Positions 48,892-57,383 of a DNA stretch of 64,000 bases are shown here, in pieces (within the stretch, counting starts at the first letter, position 1; every line of letters starts with the position of its first letter). Source of the stretch: Gammaproteobacteria bacterium. GTDB lineage: Bacteria; Pseudomonadota; Gammaproteobacteria; UBA5335; SLRW01. The stretch is taken from the NCBI GenBank assembly GCA_035638695.1, contig DASQZM010000016.1, positions 24,035 through 88,034 on the forward strand, in the 5' to 3' direction. Both the position numbers and the translations under genes were made by a program. The notes below the pieces were generated by a model. That model made no database searches and was not told the origin of the DNA. It saw only the letters and a program-made list of their open reading frames with translations.

Positions 48892-49407
48892 TCAGCCGGC
48901 CGCGTTCTCCTGGCGCCACTCGCCCGTACGAAGCTTGCGGTCTATCTGGCGCCGGATCAGGCCGCGGACGTAGCTGTAATCCCCGGCGAAGCTGCCGTAG
49001 CGCTTGCCGCAGGTTTCGCAGTGGAACGTGACCTCGTTGTCCGTCTGCGAGTAGCTGTAAATCAGCTGGGTATCGTCCCGGGGGCAATAGCACCAGATCC
49101 CGGTCGGGGTGCCATGGCGGTAGCGCCAGCGCCAGCGCAGGCCGAGGAAGTCGTCCTGGCGATAGCGCTGCCGGCCCCCGGCCCACATGTCGACCAGGCG
49201 TCGCAGGCCGCTGCCGATGGTGGGCAGGAACGCGAGCAGGACCAGCGCCAGCTCCCATCCTCGGAGCGTGTACTGCGCACCCAGGAAGTCCCCGGTCTGG
49301 CCCGCCACCGCGGAGGCGGTCTGGCGCACCTCGGGAACGATAAAAACCAGCGCCGCCGCGAGGACCGCCAGCGCGGCGAGGGCGAGGACGATTGTTCGGT
49401 TCTGCAT
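48892..49407 (-). CDS. hypothetical membrane-anchored protein with C-terminal zinc-ribbon-like CxC...CxxC
   Basis: High GC3 throughout. Two hydrophobic helices, then WCYCPRDDTQLIYSYSQTDNEVTFHCETCGKRY. ATG at 49407 (MQNRTIVLALAAL). I recognise no family. Confidence 0.6.
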   Translation of the reverse strand: MQNRTIVLALAALAVLAAALVFIVPEVRQTASAVAGQTGDFLGAQYTLRGWELALVLLAFLPTIGSGLRRLVDMWAGGRQRYRQDDFLGLRWRWRYRHGTPTGIWCYCPRDDTQLIYSYSQTDNEVTFHCETCGKRYGSFAGDYSYVRGLIRRQIDRKLRTGEWRQENAAG

Positions 49408-49459
49408 CTCAGGCCAGTTTCGGGATGCGGCACCCGGCCGCCGCCTGTGTGACACCGTC

Positions 49460-49604
49460 GACGCCATCGGCCGACGCTTTACTATATCGACCTTCAGGAC
49501 GTTATCCGGTCCGCGGCCAGCGCGGGCGGCATCGCAATGCGACCCGCGTCTCCTGTCGGGTCGGACCCATAAGCGTATCGTAGACCACGTCGGCCGATGG
49601 CGTC
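49460..49604. repeat. 145-nt nested inverted-repeat element (17-bp perfect outer stem)
   Basis: GACGCCATCGGCCGACG (49460..49476) and its exact reverse complement CGTCGGCCGATGGCGTC (49588..49604) are separated by 111 nt. Inner complementary pairs are GGTCCG/CGGACC (49508/49562) and CGCGGG/CCCGCG (49521/49543). Confidence 0.6.
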
Positions 49605-49617
49605 ACGCGATGTCGCG

Positions 49618-50382
49618 TCAAGCGCGCCCCACGAGCAGGCGCAATGGCCAGCGCACGGTGCGGTGCCGTTTCGGCTCGCCCCACAGCGTGCCCACGCGCG
49701 GCGCCAGGTGCTGCGCTACCGGGTCTTCGCCGCGCGCCTCGCGGTAGCGGCGCACCGCCGACCAGGTCCCCAGATACCCGAGATAGCGCTCCAGGTCCCA
49801 TCGCTCGGCCATCTCGAGCGCGGGCGCTGCCAGCGGTTCGAAGGGGAACTCCAGGTCGGCGTAGCCGCGGTCGACGTGCACGCGTTCCGGTGGCCAGAAC
49901 GGGCCCAGCAGGTCGGCATGAAAGGCTGCCAGCTCGCGGTCGATCGGGGCATCGACCTGCGCCAGAAGGTAGCTCCAGGCGGCGACCACGCCACCGGCGC
50001 GCAGCACCCGGCGGGCCTCGGCGTAGAAGCGGTCGCGGTCGAACCAGTGCAGCGCCTGGGCCACCGTGACCAGATCCACGCTGTGGCCGGCAAGGCCGCT
50101 GCCCTCGGCCGGTGCCGCGCGGTAGCGCACGCGCGGATGCGCCGGGGCCTGCGCCAGCTGGCGCTCGCTGGCGTCGGTGGCGATCACCTGGTCGAAGTAC
50201 GCCGCCAGCGGCAGCGCCGCCTGGCCGCTGCCGGTGCCGCAGTCCCAGGCCGTGTCGCGGCCGGGCGCGACCTCGGCGAGGAAGCGGAACAGGCTCTCGG
50301 GATAGCCGGGGCGGTAGCGCGCGTAGTCGGGTGCCTGGGCGGAAAAGTGGTCGCCAAAGCCGGCGTTCCGGCCGCCGCTCAC
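49618..50382 (-). CDS. class I SAM-dependent methyltransferase
   Basis: Motif I AWDCGTGSGQAAL and post-I DQVIATDAS. GTG at 50382 overlaps the dsbB stop (GTGA). The upstream part of track ORF 49618..50895 overlaps dsbB and is rejected. Confidence 0.8.
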   Translation of the reverse strand: MSGGRNAGFGDHFSAQAPDYARYRPGYPESLFRFLAEVAPGRDTAWDCGTGSGQAALPLAAYFDQVIATDASERQLAQAPAHPRVRYRAAPAEGSGLAGHSVDLVTVAQALHWFDRDRFYAEARRVLRAGGVVAAWSYLLAQVDAPIDRELAAFHADLLGPFWPPERVHVDRGYADLEFPFEPLAAPALEMAERWDLERYLGYLGTWSAVRRYREARGEDPVAQHLAPRVGTLWGEPKRHRTVRWPLRLLVGRA

Positions 50383-50924
50383 CGGGCCGGCCCCGGCAAG
50401 GCATTGCGGACCACACCGGCAATGCCCAGCAGTACGAACATCACCAGCGACCAGCCGGGGATGGTCAGGCCCAGGAAGCGCCAGTGGATCGCGGCGCATT
50501 CCCCCGAACCGCGCAGGATCAGCGGAATGGCGCGCCCGGGCGAGAAGTTCTGCAGGATGTAGCTGAGGCCCGGCCCGCAGGAGGGCGCCATCTCCGGCGG
50601 CAGGTGCTGGAGATAGACGTGGCGGATGGCGACGCCGGCGCCGGCCCCGGCGATCAGCAGCAGCAGCACGGCATACAGGTACCGGCCCCAGCGGCGCGGG
50701 TTGTGTACCGCGGCCATCAGGAAGACCAGGCCCAGGCCCATGAACGCCACGCGCTGCATGATGCACAGCGGGCAGGGCTGCAGGCCGCGCACGGTCTGCA
50801 GATAGTAGCCATAGGCGAGCAGTCCGAGGCACACCAGGAAGCCGGCCAGGTTCAGCCAGCGCCGCGGCACGCGGCGGACCATGCCGGCCTGCCACGGCCC
50901 GGGGCCGGGCGGGTCACTCGTCAT
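50379..50924 (-). CDS. dsbB: disulfide bond formation protein B
   Basis: Four TM helices, a first periplasmic-loop CPLC and a second Cys pair (SCGPG...GECA). The ATG overlaps the upstream thioesterase stop (ATGA). Confidence 0.85.
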   Translation of the reverse strand: MTSDPPGPGPWQAGMVRRVPRRWLNLAGFLVCLGLLAYGYYLQTVRGLQPCPLCIMQRVAFMGLGLVFLMAAVHNPRRWGRYLYAVLLLLIAGAGAGVAIRHVYLQHLPPEMAPSCGPGLSYILQNFSPGRAIPLILRGSGECAAIHWRFLGLTIPGWSLVMFVLLGIAGVVRNALPGPAR

Positions 50925-51385
50925 CTGTTTCCCTCGCGTCGCGCGACGTACTCGCCGCTGTAGCGGACCGCGGCCCGTCCGTTCTGCAACACTTCCACTT
51001 TCAGCTCCAGGCTGGCGCGCCCGAGCCGCCCGAAGTCCCGCAGGAAGCGGGTGACATCGGCGGGCGGGGGGAGGCGGCACCGGCTGACCACGACCGCGTC
51101 GGTGACGGGCAGGCGGTAGCGCAGCTCCGAGCGGTAGATGACCAGGCCCGCGTCCAGGCCGTTGCTGCGCAACAACATCTCGGCGGCAGTCCAGCCCGTC
51201 ACCGTCGCCAGGGCCGCGATGCTGCCGCCGAACACGCTGCCCTTGTGGTTTCGGTTACGGTCGTACGGTGCTTCCAGGCGCAGCTCCTGGCCGTCCCACG
51301 CGGCCACGCGCACCCCCATGAAACCGGTTAGCGGAATACCGTGCTCCAGCACTTCGGTGACCGCGGCAACCACAGGATCACTCAT
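50921..51385 (-). CDS. hotdog-fold thioesterase (YiiD C-terminal-domain-like)
   Basis: 154 aa. NHKGSVFGGSIAALATVTGW block typical of PaaI/YiiD_C-type thioesterases. Confidence 0.7.
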   Translation of the reverse strand: MSDPVVAAVTEVLEHGIPLTGFMGVRVAAWDGQELRLEAPYDRNRNHKGSVFGGSIAALATVTGWTAAEMLLRSNGLDAGLVIYRSELRYRLPVTDAVVVSRCRLPPPADVTRFLRDFGRLGRASLELKVEVLQNGRAAVRYSGEYVARREGNR

Positions 51386-51598
51386 ACTCTCGTTCCCGTC
51401 CGTGCAGGCAAAAGCTGGTGGCGCATTAGTGTAGCACCGGCGATGCCGCCCACGCTGCCCGGGAGACTCGCCTTGTCCGGGCGCCGGGGCGTAACACGCC
51501 TGTCACGGGGAGGGCATCGGGAGGTCATGGCCCCGTCACGAGGCGGTCAAGATTCCTGCGCAGACTCGCGCCGAGTGCAACCGCAGGAGGGCAAGACC

Positions 51599-52354
51599 AT
51601 GACCCTGACCGCCCGTTTCGAGACCGGTGCCGCGGCGCCAGTGCGGCGCCCGCTGCACGTCGCCTTCGCCTGTGACGCCGCCGAGCTGGCCGCGGCCCAG
51701 CGGCTGCGGTACGAGGTGTTCCGCGAGGCCTTTGGCGCCCACATGCACGGCGCGGAAGACGGCCTGGACCGGGACCGCTTCGACCCGTTCTGCCAGCACC
51801 TGATCGTGTGGGACGCCGACCGGGCCGTCGCCTGCACCCGCATCCTCACCTCGGAGACGGCTCCGGCGGCGGGCGGCTTCTACAGCCAGGACGAGTTCGA
51901 CCTGGCGCCGCTGCTCGCGCGGGCCGGCCGCGTGATGGAGGTGGGGCGCACCTGCGTCGCGGCCGGTTACCGCAAGGGGCCGGCGATCGGGCTGCTGTGG
52001 GCAGGGATCGCCGGCTTCCTGCTGGAGCGCCGCTACCACGGCCTGATCGGCTGCGGCAGTATCTCCATGGGTCCGGGGCTCGGCCCGGTCAGGGCGCTGA
52101 TCCGGAACATCCACGCGCGGGCCCTGGTCGAGCCAGCCTGCCGCGTGCGCCCGCTGGACCCCCTGCCTACGTACGACGGCGTGGCCTGCAAGCCCTGCCC
52201 GCTGCCGCCACTGATCGCGGCCTACCTGCGGCTCGGCGCCCGCATCGCCGGCGATGCCTGCCTGGACCGGGAATTCATGGTGGCGGACCTGCCGATCTAC
52301 CTGGCACGGGAAGACGTGGCGCCGCGCTACGCCCGCCGGTTCCTGCGCCAGTGA
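51599..52354 (+). CDS. olsB: GNAT-type N-acyltransferase OlsB (ornithine-lipid synthesis, first step)
   Basis: AAQRLRYEVFREAFGAHMHGAEDGLDRDRFDPFCQHLIVWD pattern of the OlsB/hemolysin-like Acetyltransf_5 family. GGAGGG precedes the ATG at 51599. Followed by a PlsC-type acyltransferase. Confidence 0.8.
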   Translation: MTLTARFETGAAAPVRRPLHVAFACDAAELAAAQRLRYEVFREAFGAHMHGAEDGLDRDRFDPFCQHLIVWDADRAVACTRILTSETAPAAGGFYSQDEFDLAPLLARAGRVMEVGRTCVAAGYRKGPAIGLLWAGIAGFLLERRYHGLIGCGSISMGPGLGPVRALIRNIHARALVEPACRVRPLDPLPTYDGVACKPCPLPPLIAAYLRLGARIAGDACLDREFMVADLPIYLAREDVAPRYARRFLRQ

Positions 52355-53217
52355 ACGGCCGGACCGTTCTGCGCCTGGCGCGCCTCGGGCTGCACCTTCT
52401 CTGGGGGATGTTGCAGGCGCTGCTGGTGTTGCCGCTGGTAAGACGTCTGCCGTTGCGGGTCGCTGTCCCCGTGCGTCAGCACCTGGTTCAACGCTGGCTG
52501 CGTCAGCTTCTCGCGGTGCTGGGCGTACGCCTGGAGGTTGCAGGGGCCGCCGTCCGCGGTCCGCTGCTGCTGGTCGCCAACCATGTCTCGTGGCTGGACG
52601 TGGCCGTGATCGGGGCCGTGCGTCCGGGCTGCTTCGTGGCCAAGAGCGAGGTGGGCGGCTGGCCTTTGATCGGATGGCTGGCCCGCCGCGCCGGCACGCT
52701 GTTCGTCGCGCGCGGGGTTGGCGAGGCCAACCGCGTCGTGGCCGACACCATGACCTTCCAACTGCGCCGGGGGGAAAGCGTGGTCCTGTTCCCGGAGGGC
52801 ACCACCGGCACGGGCGAGACTGTCGGGCGCTTCCACGCGCGCTTCTACCAGGCGGCGCTGCGCGCGGGTGTACCGGTGCAGCCGGCGGCGCTGCGCTACG
52901 CCGATGGCCCGTCGGTGGCCTTTGTGGGAGAAGAGGCTTTCGTGGCCAACCTGTTGCGGCTGCTTCGCATGCCACGCATTCACGCACGGCTGAACCTGTG
53001 CGCGCCGCTGGCGCTGGCGGGTCTCGACCGTCGCGCGCTGGCGGAGACCAGCCGCGAAGCGGTGTGCACCGCGCTCGCCCGGGAGGGGGATCGGCAACTC
53101 AGTTCGGTCGGTGGGTTTCCCAGCCCTGATAATCGGATTCCCACGGGTTCGTCGGCTTCAGCGAATCGCGCGAGCGCTGGTCCATCTGAATCACGCGATT
53201 GCGAAGCTGGCGCGTGA
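52351..53217 (+). CDS. olsA: lyso-ornithine-lipid O-acyltransferase OlsA (PlsC family)
   Basis: Acyltransferase H(X)4D motif ANHVSWLD and a FPEGTTG block. GTG overlaps the olsB stop (GTGA). The last ~40 codons have low GC3 and overlap a convergent small gene. Confidence 0.8.
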   Translation: MNGRTVLRLARLGLHLLWGMLQALLVLPLVRRLPLRVAVPVRQHLVQRWLRQLLAVLGVRLEVAGAAVRGPLLLVANHVSWLDVAVIGAVRPGCFVAKSEVGGWPLIGWLARRAGTLFVARGVGEANRVVADTMTFQLRRGESVVLFPEGTTGTGETVGRFHARFYQAALRAGVPVQPAALRYADGPSVAFVGEEAFVANLLRLLRMPRIHARLNLCAPLALAGLDRRALAETSREAVCTALAREGDRQLSSVGGFPSPDNRIPTGSSASANRASAGPSESRDCEAGA

Positions 53218-53290
53218 ACGGGCTGCGGTCGATGATGAAGTAGGCCAGCACGATGGCCACGACCACCGCCACGATGATGAAGATCACCAT
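53099..53290 (-). CDS. small single-pass membrane protein (63 aa), unknown function
   Basis: Strong SD (AAGGAG, 8-nt spacer) before the ATG, high GC3, and an N-terminal TM helix MVIFIIVAVVVAIVLAYFII. Confidence 0.7.
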   Translation of the reverse strand: MVIFIIVAVVVAIVLAYFIIDRSPFTRQLRNRVIQMDQRSRDSLKPTNPWESDYQGWETHRPN

Positions 53291-53509
53291 CAGTGTTTCT
53301 CCTTGGGGTTCGGTCAGCCGCTGCAGCCGCCGGCGGCATCCTCGCGGTTTCCGCCGGGCGGGTTCCGCCCCGCTCCGGCCGCCCGCGGGGCCTAGTTTAC
53401 TAAGCGGACCCCCGCGAATGCCACACTCGGATGCCCGCCGCTGTGGTCCCTGTACCTGCAGCGGTACCGGGATGGGCGGAGCAATGCTGTTCCCCGGGGC
53501 CGCGCGAGG

Positions 53510-54349
53510 TCACTGGCCGGTGCTCTTTTCCAGCACGCCCAGCAGGACCCGGGCGCGGTCCTCCCGCAGGTTGCGCAGCAGAACACGCAGCACGTCGAAG
53601 AACCGGGGCCCCATGACCACGTTCGGCCCCAGCGGGGACGGCGCTTCCACCGGCCGGGTCTCCAGCGAGGCCAGGCTGCGCTCGACCCAGCTGCCCGCGC
53701 GGGCGGTGATGTCGCGCCAGTGACGGCACTGCAAGCCCGCCCGTCCGGCCAGCTCCAGGAACGCCTCCGGGGCGATCATATGGCTGAGGCTGCCGTCCGG
53801 GTCGAAGGGCACGGGGAAGTGCAGCGGCCCCCCTGGGCCGGCGAAGATCTCGTGCAGCGCCACGCGTCCGCCCGGGCACAGCACGCGGGCGATTCCGGCC
53901 AGCAGGCGAGCCTTTTCCTCGACGTTGAACTGCATATGCTGAAGCCACACGACGTCGAAGGCGCCGTCGTCGAAGGGCAGTTCCAGCGCGTCGCCGTGGC
54001 GGAAGGACACCCGCTCGGCGAGACCCACGCGCCGGGTGAGCTCCACCGCCGCCTCGATGCAGCTCTCGGTGAGATCGATCCCGGTGACCCGGCAGCCGAT
54101 TTCCGCGGCCAGCGTGCGCGCCGCACCGCCGAGGCCGCAGGCGACGTCGAGCACCTGGTCGTCCGGTCCGATCTCCGCCAGGCGCGCCAGCTCGCGCGTG
54201 CCCTCACGGCCCTGCAGATGGAATTCCTCGAAGCCGGCGAGGTCGTCGCGCGTGAGCGCGTCGACGTCCCGGCCCGCCTCGTGCAGCGTGCGCAGGATGC
54301 TGTCGAGCAGCTTGTCCCGTCCGTAATGGTCTTCGAGCGCGTCCGACAT
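53510..54349 (-). CDS. class I SAM-dependent methyltransferase
   Basis: Motif I VLDVACGLGGAA, post-I VTGIDLT and a GGRVAL block. ATG at 54349 (MSDALEDHYG). Confidence 0.82.
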   Translation of the reverse strand: MSDALEDHYGRDKLLDSILRTLHEAGRDVDALTRDDLAGFEEFHLQGREGTRELARLAEIGPDDQVLDVACGLGGAARTLAAEIGCRVTGIDLTESCIEAAVELTRRVGLAERVSFRHGDALELPFDDGAFDVVWLQHMQFNVEEKARLLAGIARVLCPGGRVALHEIFAGPGGPLHFPVPFDPDGSLSHMIAPEAFLELAGRAGLQCRHWRDITARAGSWVERSLASLETRPVEAPSPLGPNVVMGPRFFDVLRVLLRNLREDRARVLLGVLEKSTGQ

Positions 54350-54380
54350 GGCGCCTGTTCCTCCGTGGCGGCGGGGGGGA

Positions 54381-55934
54381 TCAGTCCTTCCCGGCCGTGA
54401 GCTGCTCGCGCAGCCGGAACTTCTGCGTCTTGCCGCTGGCATTGCGCGGCATCTCCTCCAGGAAATGGTACTCCCGCGGGCGTTTGAACGCCGCCAGGCG
54501 ATCGCCCTCGAGGCAGAACCGGTCCAGCTCTTCGGCGGTGAGGTTCTCTTCCCGTGGGACTACGAAGGCGATCACCTTCTCGCCCCAGTGCTCGTCCTGC
54601 CGGCCGAGGACGGCGACGTCAAGCACCCCGGGGTGCTCGAACAGCACGTCCTCGATCTCGCGCGGGTAGATGTTCTCGCCACCGCTGATGATCATGTCGT
54701 CCTTGCGGTCGGCTACGTACAGGTAGTTGTCCTGGTCCAGATAGCCGAGGTCGCCGCTGTAGTACCAGCCCCTGTGGATGGCCTTCGCGGTGGCTTCCTC
54801 GCGCTTGTAATAGCCGATCATCAGGCAGGGCCCGCGCAGGATGATCTCGCCCACCTCCCCCGGTGGCAGCGTGTCCTCCGGCTCGGCCCGCTCGGCGCCG
54901 GCGCGCACCACGCGCACCTCGTGGTTGAGCCCCGCCATGCCCGCCGAGCCCGGCTTGGTGAGCTGCTCGTCCTCATGCAGGAACACCGCCGCCGGGCCCA
55001 GCTCGGTCATGCCGTAGGCCTGCACCAGGCCGATACCGAGCTTCTCCTGGCAGGCACGCACCAGCGCCGGCGCCATCGGCGCGGCGCCATACAAGCCCAG
55101 GCGGAGACTCGAGAGGTCGTAGCGCGCCAGGTCCTCCTGCAGCAGCATGTTCCACATGGTCGGCGCGCAGAACATGAGGTTGATGCGCTCCGCCCCGATC
55201 AGGCGCAGCGCCTCGGGCGGCTCGAAGTGGTGCATGATCACGCTGGTCCCGCCCACGTGCACCCGCACCAGGAAGGCGGCGTGCAGCTCCGCGCAGTGAT
55301 ACAGCGGTGCGGCGGTCAGGCCGCGTTCCCCGGGATGGATGTTCTGCTCGCCGATCACGATCACGCTGTGATCGACCATGTCGCGGTGGCGGTGCATCAC
55401 CCCCTTGGGATGGCCGGTGGTGCCGCTGGTGTACATGATCCCGTAGAGGTCGCTCTCGTCGACCTCCACCGCCGGGCGGGTGTCGGCGGCGGCGTCCACG
55501 CGGGCGTGGTAGTCCGCGGACCAGCCGGGTCCGGCGTCGTCCACGCACCAGAAGGCGGTCTCCGGAAACTGCTCGTGGATCGCCTCCACGGCGTCGGCGA
55601 GGTCGTTCTCGAACAGCAGCACCGACGGCCCGGCATCGCCGACGATGAAGGCCAGCTCCTTCGCCGCCAGGCGGAAGTTGATCGGATTGAATACCGCGCC
55701 GATCTTGGCGCAGGCGAAGAAGCAGGTGCCCAGCTCCTCGCTGTTGAACAGGAAGGTCGAGACGCGGTCGCCTTTGCGCACACCGGCGGCCAGCAGGGCA
55801 TTGGCCAGTCGGTTCACCTCCGCGTCCCATTCGCGGTAGGTCCAGCGGACGTTCTTGCGCGGATAACACAGGGCTTCGCGTCGCGGCCACTTGGCCACGC
55901 TCTGCTCGAAGATGTCGGCGATGGTGTTGTACAT
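54381..55934 (-). CDS. AMP-dependent acyl-CoA synthetase/ligase
   Basis: AMP-binding signature IMYTSGTTGHPKGV, YGMTE, and GWYYSGDLGYLDQDNYLYVADRKDDMIISGGENIYPREIE. Confidence 0.9.
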   Translation of the reverse strand: MYNTIADIFEQSVAKWPRREALCYPRKNVRWTYREWDAEVNRLANALLAAGVRKGDRVSTFLFNSEELGTCFFACAKIGAVFNPINFRLAAKELAFIVGDAGPSVLLFENDLADAVEAIHEQFPETAFWCVDDAGPGWSADYHARVDAAADTRPAVEVDESDLYGIMYTSGTTGHPKGVMHRHRDMVDHSVIVIGEQNIHPGERGLTAAPLYHCAELHAAFLVRVHVGGTSVIMHHFEPPEALRLIGAERINLMFCAPTMWNMLLQEDLARYDLSSLRLGLYGAAPMAPALVRACQEKLGIGLVQAYGMTELGPAAVFLHEDEQLTKPGSAGMAGLNHEVRVVRAGAERAEPEDTLPPGEVGEIILRGPCLMIGYYKREEATAKAIHRGWYYSGDLGYLDQDNYLYVADRKDDMIISGGENIYPREIEDVLFEHPGVLDVAVLGRQDEHWGEKVIAFVVPREENLTAEELDRFCLEGDRLAAFKRPREYHFLEEMPRNASGKTQKFRLREQLTAGKD

Positions 55935-56029
55935 GGGTCTCCTCGGGTTCCCGGACGTTCGTCTTGCCGGCTGGGGCCGGTCTCCCATCCGGGAGTATCC
56001 TAGCAGGCCCCGCGCCCACGCCGGATGAG

Positions 56030-56056
56030 AAAAACCCGGCGCGGGGCCGGGCTTTT
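56030..56056 (-). terminator. rho-independent terminator downstream of the cytochrome c pair
   Basis: AAAAA-CCCGGC-GCGGG-GCCGGG-CTTTT. On the minus strand the 6-bp GC stem is followed by TTTTT, 24 nt after the cytochrome c stop at 56080. Confidence 0.6.
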
Positions 56057-56079
56057 CGTGCCGCCGTGCCGCGACCGGA

Positions 56080-56442
56080 TCAGCGCCCCCCGTGGTGCGC
56101 GTCCCAGGTCTTGTACTCGACCGTCGACAAGCCGGTCTGGCGGGAGAACCAGGCGGCCACGTCCTTGATCTGCTGGTCGCTCAGGCCCGCGGCCATGCCG
56201 TTCATGATGGCGTTCTTGCGTGCCCCGGACTGGTACGCGTGCAGCGCGTGTTCGATGTAGTCCGCGTACTGCCCGGCCAGGCGCGGGAACTGCGGGCTGG
56301 AGCTGTTGCCGTCCTTGCCGTGGCAGGCGGCGCACTTGTTGGCCACGATCTTCTCGCCGGCGGCCGCGTTGCCGGCCGCCAGGGCCTGGCCGGCGAAGGC
56401 AGCGCAGGCCAAGAGAGTGATGGTCAGGATCAGGCGCTTCAT
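56080..56442 (-). CDS. monohaem class I cytochrome c (120 aa)
   Basis: Signal peptide MKRLILTITLLACAAFAGQALA and a single haem site CAACHG with a distal Met region (AIMNGM). Confidence 0.85.
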   Translation of the reverse strand: MKRLILTITLLACAAFAGQALAAGNAAAGEKIVANKCAACHGKDGNSSSPQFPRLAGQYADYIEHALHAYQSGARKNAIMNGMAAGLSDQQIKDVAAWFSRQTGLSTVEYKTWDAHHGGR

Positions 56443-56805
56443 TTATTGGCCCCCCTGGCTGTTCTGGGCGCCCGCGGGCGGATGCTTGCCGGCGGCCTGG
56501 AAGAAGGCGGCGATGTCCCACATCTGCTGCGTCGTGAGCTCGGATGCCTGCGCGTGCATCGTCGGGAAGCTGCGCTTGCCGTCCTTGTACTCCTTCAGCG
56601 CGTTGACGATGTACTGGGCGTGCTGTCCGCCGACCTTGGGCACGTGGTAGGTGGGGTAGACGACCGTGTAGCCCTTGATGCCGTGGCAGCCCATGCAGGT
56701 TGCCGCCAGCTTGCGGCCGCGCGCGGGATTGCCCTTGGGATGGGCCTGCGCGACGCCGATGAAGGCCGTGCAGAGGACAACCGCCAGTATGCTTAGTTTT
56801 TTCAT
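56443..56805 (-). CDS. monohaem class I cytochrome c (120 aa)
   Basis: Signal peptide MKKLSILAVVLCTAFIGVAQA and haem site CMGCHG. Its stop directly abuts the next cytochrome start (TAAATG). Confidence 0.85.
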   Translation of the reverse strand: MKKLSILAVVLCTAFIGVAQAHPKGNPARGRKLAATCMGCHGIKGYTVVYPTYHVPKVGGQHAQYIVNALKEYKDGKRSFPTMHAQASELTTQQMWDIAAFFQAAGKHPPAGAQNSQGGQ

Positions 56806-57030
56806 GCCTAGCCTCTTGGGTCGGTATGAAGGGGGCCGCTGCGCGGACACCTTGCATGCCGGCAGCTCCCGGCAATCCGTTGCTTGCGCAAAATGACCGG
56901 CCTGCGGGCGGGGTGTGCCCCCCGGTCGCGATTTCTCCCCGCTGACGCTGGCCTCATGCAACGAGTCCGGACCGGGGGAACGGCGGATGACGGCCCCCCC
57001 GGTGACCCTGACACGGTCAGGGCGCTATTA

Positions 57031-57296
57031 CTAACCCGGTCAGAGGTAATGCCGCATCTCAGCGCTCCGGTCGGTCTGTCTGGCAGGGCGCGAGGAGCGG
57101 AGTGTGGTCGGGTGCTACGCAACCGACGCGCAACGCCGTCCAGACGGGGCGAGGCGAGCGCCCTGCGGGAGAGCGCGTGTGCGGCGATGACCGCGTTGCG
57201 CTCGCTCGTCGTAGTGTGGCTACGCCTTCGCTCCCGCGCCTTGTTCTCCCCACACACGCGCTCTTTGAGACGTGGCATTCCCCCTGACCGGGTTAG
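57031..57296. mobile_element. MITE-like element, copy 2 (266 bp, most diverged)
   Basis: CTAACCCGGTCAGAGGTAATGCC ... GGCATTCCCCCTGACCGGGTTAG, flanked by TA on both sides. Colinear with copies at 16729 and 58777. Confidence 0.8.
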
Positions 57297-57383
57297 TATA
57301 TGCGAGCACGCAGGCCGTGGCATAGCAATGCTCCGGGCCTCCTCCGGCTCCCCCACCCGCAGCGGCCGTCTCCTCGCGGCGCT

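Noticed and set aside
48615-49031. 138-aa + ORF covering the 257-bp gap between the histidine phosphatase and the zinc-ribbon protein genes
   Set aside because: It starts antisense inside one gene and ends antisense inside the other. The product is Arg-rich and there is no RBS.
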